DNA of 63,789 nucleotides, filler included, from Platydemus manokwari (Eukaryota): NCBI GenBank assembly GCA_037951405.1. It is 6 parts of 6 records of this genome, joined end to end, with 100 filler letters (N's around TTAATTAATTAA, not from the genome) between each part and the next. Parts side by side here need not be neighbours in the genome. Positions count along the whole stretch, not along the records: positions 52,924 to 63,789 come from JBBMOY011099774.1; 5 more parts are not named here. One strand, 5' to 3'. Shown piece by piece: positions 57,461 to 63,789 of this stretch (position 1 is its first letter; each line of letters starts with the position of its first letter). The notes under the pieces were generated by a model. It saw only the letters and a program-made list of their open reading frames with translations, ran no database searches and was not told where the DNA came from. The position numbers and the translations under genes were made by a program.

Positions 57461-60400
57461 TTAATAATTATACGGAGATTAAATATTAACAGCTTATATA
57501 TTGCTAATTATAATTACTATTGCAGAATTTAAAATTAAAGTAAAATTAATTAGTAAATGAACGAGTGATAATCGTACACAAAAACTTAATTCTTACTACT
57601 GTCGTGTGATCTTCCGCCAAGGAACTGATTCTCGCAATATAAGAATTCACTCCAAATTCTACTGTGGAAATTCCTCGTCTATCGGATCGAATGTTTCGAT
57701 AACTCCAAACTTCAATTTCGCTGTCAAGTTTTAGATCCACTTCGCTTCAATGTGATTGATATTCTTCACAAGTTTTCGTAAGGTGAATTGTGATCGGTAA
57801 TTCTTTTGCCGATTATCGTTGCGCTAATTGGTGTAACTGATTATGGTTTGTCAGTTATTGTTTATTTGTCAATGATGACTATTGATTTTTTGTGGTGGTG
57901 GTATTACGATCAGCGCCGTTATTTATATTCGCTGATCGTGTCCACCCACTTGTACGGCTCTTCATGCCGATCATTTTTTGATGATTTTTTCACACGTTTC
58001 GTGTGAATAATTAATGATTTTATTGTACTTTATAATTATCTTTATTCTGTTTATTATTACTCTTTTACCTAGCTTTTTACTCTTTATTATTATTATTTAT
58101 TATAGTCAACTCCATATTAATTATTATTTATTTGACTTTATTTTTTATCATTGATTAATTTTATTATTTATTTATTTTTATCTTTCTCCGCATCCTTATT
58201 ATTTACCGGATTTTTTACATAAACAAAAAAATAAAAACTGATTCATAATATTAAATTATAAAATACACTTTTTGACGTAAAACAATAATGACAACAAAAA
58301 CGTTATAAACAATATCAAAACACACTACAGTTTATTATAAGCAAAAGATAAAAGTATTATAAGCAAATCAGTTTTATTGTTATAATCAACTCAGTTTTAT
58401 TGTTTATTTGGAGATTATACTGTTGACGGAGATTGTATTGTTGAAGATTGTATTGTTGACTGTTTTTGACGGCTTGCAGCAGATCAGTCCACACTCAGAA
58501 AATATTTTAACTACGGGAAATGTATGTACGGGAGTTTTTATATATCAATTCTATGGTGGATTTATTGTAGGACATGATATTTATATGGAGTTTATTTATA
58601 GGGAGTTTTTGTGTAATGTTCAATGTAGCGTGTGTTCTATGTGTTCTATGTAGCGTGCTATCCCAACAAATTGTTTGAATTTAAATTTACTTTACATTTT
58701 ATGAGCCAATTAAACAACTAATCGTTAAAGCAAAATCTCTAAATTTTTGTTCATCGTATGACATAGATTTTGCTTTTGTCACAATAATAATCAAATTTTT
58801 CCTTTCGAATAACGAAAATGGTAAACCTGGACAATTTTAAATATTATATATTGCCAAGGCGAAAGCATTAGTAACGTTGAATCACCATAGAAAATAAATA
58901 AATTACTAAAAAAAATTATTCGGGGAAATGTTAATCATTACTCCCACAAAAATCGGGGTATCTAAACCCAACCCAAAAATTGGGAATTTGCAAATTAATT
59001 CTGGGAGAAAACTTCATAAATTCTGCTCTAGAATTATCACAGCTATTTTGGGAGAAACTCAATTACGGATAAATTCAGCGCATTTACTTGGAATATTAAT
59101 CATCTACGCTCATAAGCAAGAACTTTCTTCTAGGATCACCATCAATCCTGCGGAATATTTTAATCAATCAGCTTAAGGATATTCTTCGCCATTAAGCTCG
59201 GGACCGTATCCTCCTATAAGAACACACACACATAAGAATTGACCAATCCAGATCATAAAAAAGATATAAACCTAATTGGAATTTGAAAAATTAAATATCA
59301 AATTCAAATGTGACATACAAAAATACATACAAGCTCCAAGAATAAATAACGAGATAAAGATGGCCTATTGCCAGTTGTAAGCCGATTATAATTGTGTTTT
59401 GTTTATTGATGTGCTGAAGAGCACAATTTTATTTGTGTATAAAATTTGAAACCTTCATTCGTTTTAATAATTCTAAAAGTTGTTTGAGATAAGATTTCTT
59501 ATAAAAACATTTAGATATAATAACAAGTTTTATTGACATCGATTTTCGGAAGCCTCTAAAGGATCAAGAGATTTTGATATTTCATTATCAATATACGAAT
59601 TTAATTTAAGTTCTTTTAGGCTTTTAAAATTCATAGCCTAAAAATCAAGATCTATTTTGAGATCTAAATGATTATGCAGTATTTTTAAAAGGGAATCTCA
59701 TTAGATAAATATCAGGCCTGTGAATGGTATCGTACGACAACTTACCGAGTCGAAAAAATTTATCCATTCAGTTTTACATTTGAATTAAAGATCATTCGAG
59801 ATAATTTTATTCTTGATAAATAATTGAGTCTTACTTTAGATGATCTTTTGGAAGGCGGATAAGTTATTGTATTTTGTGTAAACATTTATGATGAAATTAT
59901 CGAATCAGGCCTGTTTATTTCTAAGAGTTCAAAATTCTTTAAGTATTTCGTTGTGGTCTGTGGCAGTGTTTACAATGGATATCGACTTTTATTATTGAAA
60001 ATATTGGTGAAATAATGTTTTTTAGATAAATGTAAAATAATGGAAACACTGCATGAATCGATAAAATTTTAAATGCTGCGGTTTATACTCTAGATTTAAA
60101 CATTCCAAGAATAAGAATAATCACTCAAAGAAAAAAGATTATCATAAGAATAGTTGACTACATAAAATACTGTTAATTCTTCTTGCGAACCGATTTTATA
60201 CGGGTTGCGTTGTGAGTTTTTTCTTTCTGTTTGATATTTGACTTTTCATTTGTTAAAAATATTTGAAGACCTGGTCATGTTTTAATTGGCATATTTTCGT
60301 ATATCTCTTATGTTAAGTTCGGGCCTTATTGAATTATTTGTTTACTAAGCTTAATCCTATTTGATGTCACTGTTAAGGTTCCGAGAAAAATAGACAACGA

Positions 60401-61317
60401 AACTTTGCATGCTTATGATACTGGTGTATAATAGTATTACTTTTTATCATTTTATTGTGAATGATTTGATGTGCAAATATTACCCTACTTTTTATCTTGT
60501 GTTTATTTTCTCGAAAACAAAATAGTCTTAAACCCTAAATCAAATGGAAGCTTTAGTCGAATAATAATAATATTTAATCAAAGTTAAAAAGAAAATAGTT
60601 AAAAAGAAATCTTTGTCGTAAATTGGAATATCAAATGTTTTAGTTAAAATATTAAGTATTTCGGTTAAAGATAATAATTGTAGAAAATCTTTTTATCATA
60701 TTTTAATATGATAATAATTTAGAATAAAATTTGGTTAATTTTTGGTTAAAAAACTTAGAATAAACTGATAAAATAGAATTAATTAAAATGAAAATAAGCT
60801 AATTATTTTCATTTTCTGCCCAACGACTAAAAAATCTAATCCTTTAAACCCCTATTTTTTCCCGAAATTACCCGTATATTAAAATAATACCCAATCATAA
60901 AAACCCGCCACACTCAAAATATCAATTATAATCCATAGAACATTGATCCCTGGAAAATAAACTATAATTTGTTATAGAAGTCTAGAAATACTAACTACAA
61001 TCTCTCATAAAAAAAACTAATTCTGATTGAACCAAAAAATGGCGAACCCAATTAATGGCATTATTTTAAAATCATAATTCAAATTATAAATTGAAAAATG
61101 CTTGAAAACATTATGAAAGGTATGATGTAACAAGTATTAGTTTCAAAATGTTGTTAATGCACATATATGATAATCGAATATTAAACATTAAAAAATCGAT
61201 AATTAAATTGTATAAAAGAAAAAATAACTCGACTAATTCTATTTTTCATTCAACAGCTTCAGTTGGTTTTTTGAAAGTGAGTCTACGCTGCTTGTTGAGG
61301 AATTGTACAAATTCATC

Positions 61318-61646
61318 CATTCTGAACAAATAAAACTCCCAATCGATTAATGGATAAAAATAATTGATTATTCAGATATAGATAGAATCGATAAAATCCG
61401 AGTAAATTGCTAAAGGATGTCATGGACTTTTTTATGAAATACAAAAGATGGTAAACTAGGAAAATATAATTACCAATGATAAATGGAAATTTGAACAAAA
61501 GAAACAACAAATAGATGATAAAGTATTTGAATACAATGACGGAAATGAAATGGATTCTTTATTAATAAGAGTTAAAGACATCAAAGAATAAGAATTCAAA
61601 TATTATGTAAAATTTGTAGAAATAATCAAAATAAAAATCCCGTAAA
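61318..61646 (+). pseudogene. F-box-like gene relic
   Basis: One frame reads IKLPID*WIKIIDYSDIDRIDKIRVNC*RMSWTFYEIQKMVN*ENIITNDKWKF..., fitting LP.E.W..I..Y......R.VC.. with in-frame stops but no frameshift. Confidence 0.5.
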
Positions 61647-61760
61647 ATAAGAAAAAAAAAGTATAATTTTTAAATAATTAATTAACATTTTAATTGTTGG
61701 GGTTCAAAAGAATCAAAGTTTGCAATCTGTGTTTTATTAAAACCTACTAATCAGTATGTA

Positions 61761-61895
61761 TCAAAAATGACGCTAAAATTCAACAAAATCTCAATATAAA
61801 ACAACATAAAAATTGGCTTCCGACTAATAGTTGGACATCTTTATGTTAATATTTATTTTTGAGATTTTTGTGTAATTTTTGTATCACATTTTGAT
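61761..61895. repeat. Imperfect foldback (MITE-like)
   Basis: Nested inverted blocks tcaaaaatga / tcacattttga, aaaatctcaa / ttgagatttt, aacataaa / tttatgtt and tccgacta / tagttgga. Confidence 0.55.
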
Positions 61896-62886
61896 TTGAT
61901 CTTTCATTTCGCAAGTTCCTATTAGATATATTGATTTTCTGTTTTCAGGATTGGTCAATCCGTATGTGTGCGTTAATGTGTCGCTATGACCATTTTTCGA
62001 ATTACAATTTTCCATTTAAATCAGCTGTGGTTGGTTGACTGCGATACATGTATAAAATAAAAGTTCCGCGATGTAAAATAGTTTTCTTTGTGAAATTTCA
62101 TCTCTACTCAACACAGTCAATAAAACAAAATAATAAAATATACTCAAAAAAATTTTAAAATAAAAATATAATTTAGAAATAAGAGTTCAAAAATCACAAG
62201 AAAAATTAAAAATTAGGAAAAAACAAATAGTTACTGAAATTAAAAGACCCTTTGCAAATAAAAATAAGATGGAATTTGTAAAAAAATGTGAGGACTGCAG
62301 AGACCTTTCTATTCAGCAATATCAGACTGAAAGTCGAATCTATAATTTAATAATTGAATTACAGCGGATTCGAACTCGCAGCAATTTCCCTCAGTTTCTT
62401 CATCACGCACCATTTACTATTGATAACAGTTGTTATTCCATTTTTGTACATTCATTAGGAATATTTTATAATGAAATTATAACTATAATTTATTATTTTT
62501 AATTATATATAAATTATAAAGTGGATATCTATAAAATAAATCAATAAAAATTAATTTATTAAAATTATTTATTACAAAAATCAATCTCAAAAATATATTT
62601 CGAAATAAAAAAAATTAAATTGCACGATTAATTAATTAATTAATTATAATTAATTAAAAATTATTATTATTTAAAAAAATCCAAATTAAATATAAAAATT
62701 AAGAAAAATAGAAATACTCTCCATGCTAAATATAAAACTTTAAAAAAATAAATTAAAATAAATAAATATAAACCAATGAAATTAAATCAATAATTGAGAC
62801 AAATGAGTTATTAATAATAATAATTATTAATTATTATTTGTAAATAAAAAATTGTTTTAATTAGATTATCATTATATTTTACTCAC

Positions 62887-63739
62887 AATATTGTTGGACT
62901 TTTCTCTACGAGACTCCTATGCCGATGATGCTGATAGCTGAAACAATGCGACAATTTAATCGTAAAAATCGATATCAAATTAATCAACCATAATTGAATG
63001 ATATATAATATGAAACCGATTATCGTCACGATAAATATGCCCGACAACACAAACACTTCCTGGCCGGAGAATCTGTTGAACACTCGAAAATTCAAAAAAT
63101 AATTCAAATTAACACTCTTCAACGAAAGACCCCGAGATGCTTGGTAATGACTTCTTTCTTGTTGCCATTCTCTGGCTTGATCGATCCACATTCTACGAAT
63201 AAAATGTGATCAATTGCAGTTTTCTATCTCAATTTAAGCTACTTATAAGTTTGACTTTTGTAAGTGTTCTTTATCAATTCATCACTATCTTCATCAGGTG
63301 GAGCAGGATAGTTGACAGACCAAGGATTCGGTGGTGTATCTTGAACTTCCATATTTTGTAAATGAGTTTTCATATCATATTCTTCTCTTTCCTCAGGTCT
63401 ACTAAGTATCGAATAAGCCTCATTAATCAATAGAAATCTTTTGTGAATCTCTTCATTGCCTGGGTTTAAATCAGGATGACACTAAATTGGTTTATAAGAT
63501 TAAGTTCTTTTTCAGAAAAGTTTGTAACGCACTAATTTGGCTAAATTTAGATATGCAGCCTTAATTTCTTGAAGACTAGCTTTAGGTGTGACATTTAAAA
63601 TCTCGTAATATGATTTAGGATTCACATTGTCTGAAAAGCTACAAAATATTTAATAAAAGCATTTATTAAGGATTTACCATCGTATAAATGGATTGTAGAT
63701 TTTGTAAATTAATTTAAAATTAATAAACTTCTTTAACAT
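62887..63739 (-). CDS. DnaJ/Hsp40 class C protein, DNAJC4-like (N-terminal presequence, J domain, C-terminal TM segment). Exons: 63739-63678, 63638-63533, 63481-63243, then 63192 onward; 3' end uncertain (possible last exon ~62425-62360)
   Basis: Spliced MLKKFINFKLIYKIYNPFIRCFSDNVNPKSYYEILNVTPKASLQEIKAAYLNLAKLCHPDLNPGNEEIHKRFLLINEAYSILSRPEEREEYD contains the HPD motif. A hydrophobic segment VFVLSGIFIVTIIGFILYIIQL lies downstream. Confidence 0.85.
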
Positions 63740-63789
63740 TCAAATTTTTCAAAAGAAAAATTAATACATATATTTTAAATAAACAATTG

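Noticed and set aside
59410-59455. Hammerhead ribozyme (CTGAAGA-GCACAA-loop-TTGTGT)
   Set aside because: Stem II is not followed directly by GAAA and I cannot build stems I and III.
59745-61646. Alternative genetic code suggested by isolated in-frame TAA/TAG codons
   Set aside because: The conserved genes here (DNAH10, GRK, GPCR, DnaJ) have no internal stops in their exons, and the complete ones end in standard stops. Pseudogene decay explains the pattern better.

Overview
AT-rich (roughly 25% GC by eye) eukaryotic, almost certainly animal, genomic DNA with many short 40-60 nt GT-AG introns. It consists of six contigs joined by artificial 100-nt spacers (44 N + TTAATTAATTAA + 44 N). Four conserved genes are recognisable: an orphan class-A GPCR with DLY in place of DRY and a long Ser-rich tail (~16.0-18.4 kb, +); the 3' 14 exons of axonemal dynein heavy chain DNAH10 (32.2-41.6 kb, +); the kinase-domain exons of a GRK4/5/6-type (Gprk2) kinase (44.9-51.6 kb, -); and a DnaJ/DNAJC4-like gene (62.9-63.7 kb, -). 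The most interesting part is the contig at 18.8-31.8 kb, which holds a cluster of small secreted-peptide precursor genes I do not recognise. These are (i) a 128-aa precursor with a signal peptide, an acidic pro-piece and six tandem FSSS(N/H)PN(G/I/S)-GR decapeptide cassettes; (ii) a decayed paralogue of it 6 kb away; and (iii) a spliced 56-aa precursor ending in TYYDT-GR that the ORF track misses. Between the two paralogues lies a decayed virus/Polinton-like island carrying a protein-primed DNA polymerase B fragment, bracketed by ~320-bp inverted repeats that also form the upstream/TATA region of the peptide gene. Also present are a rapunzel/cephalotoxin-like pseudogene, a 417-bp TRIM mini-retrotransposon, pogo/Tigger, hAT, Tc1 and Ty3/gypsy relics, MITE-like foldbacks and an F-box relic.
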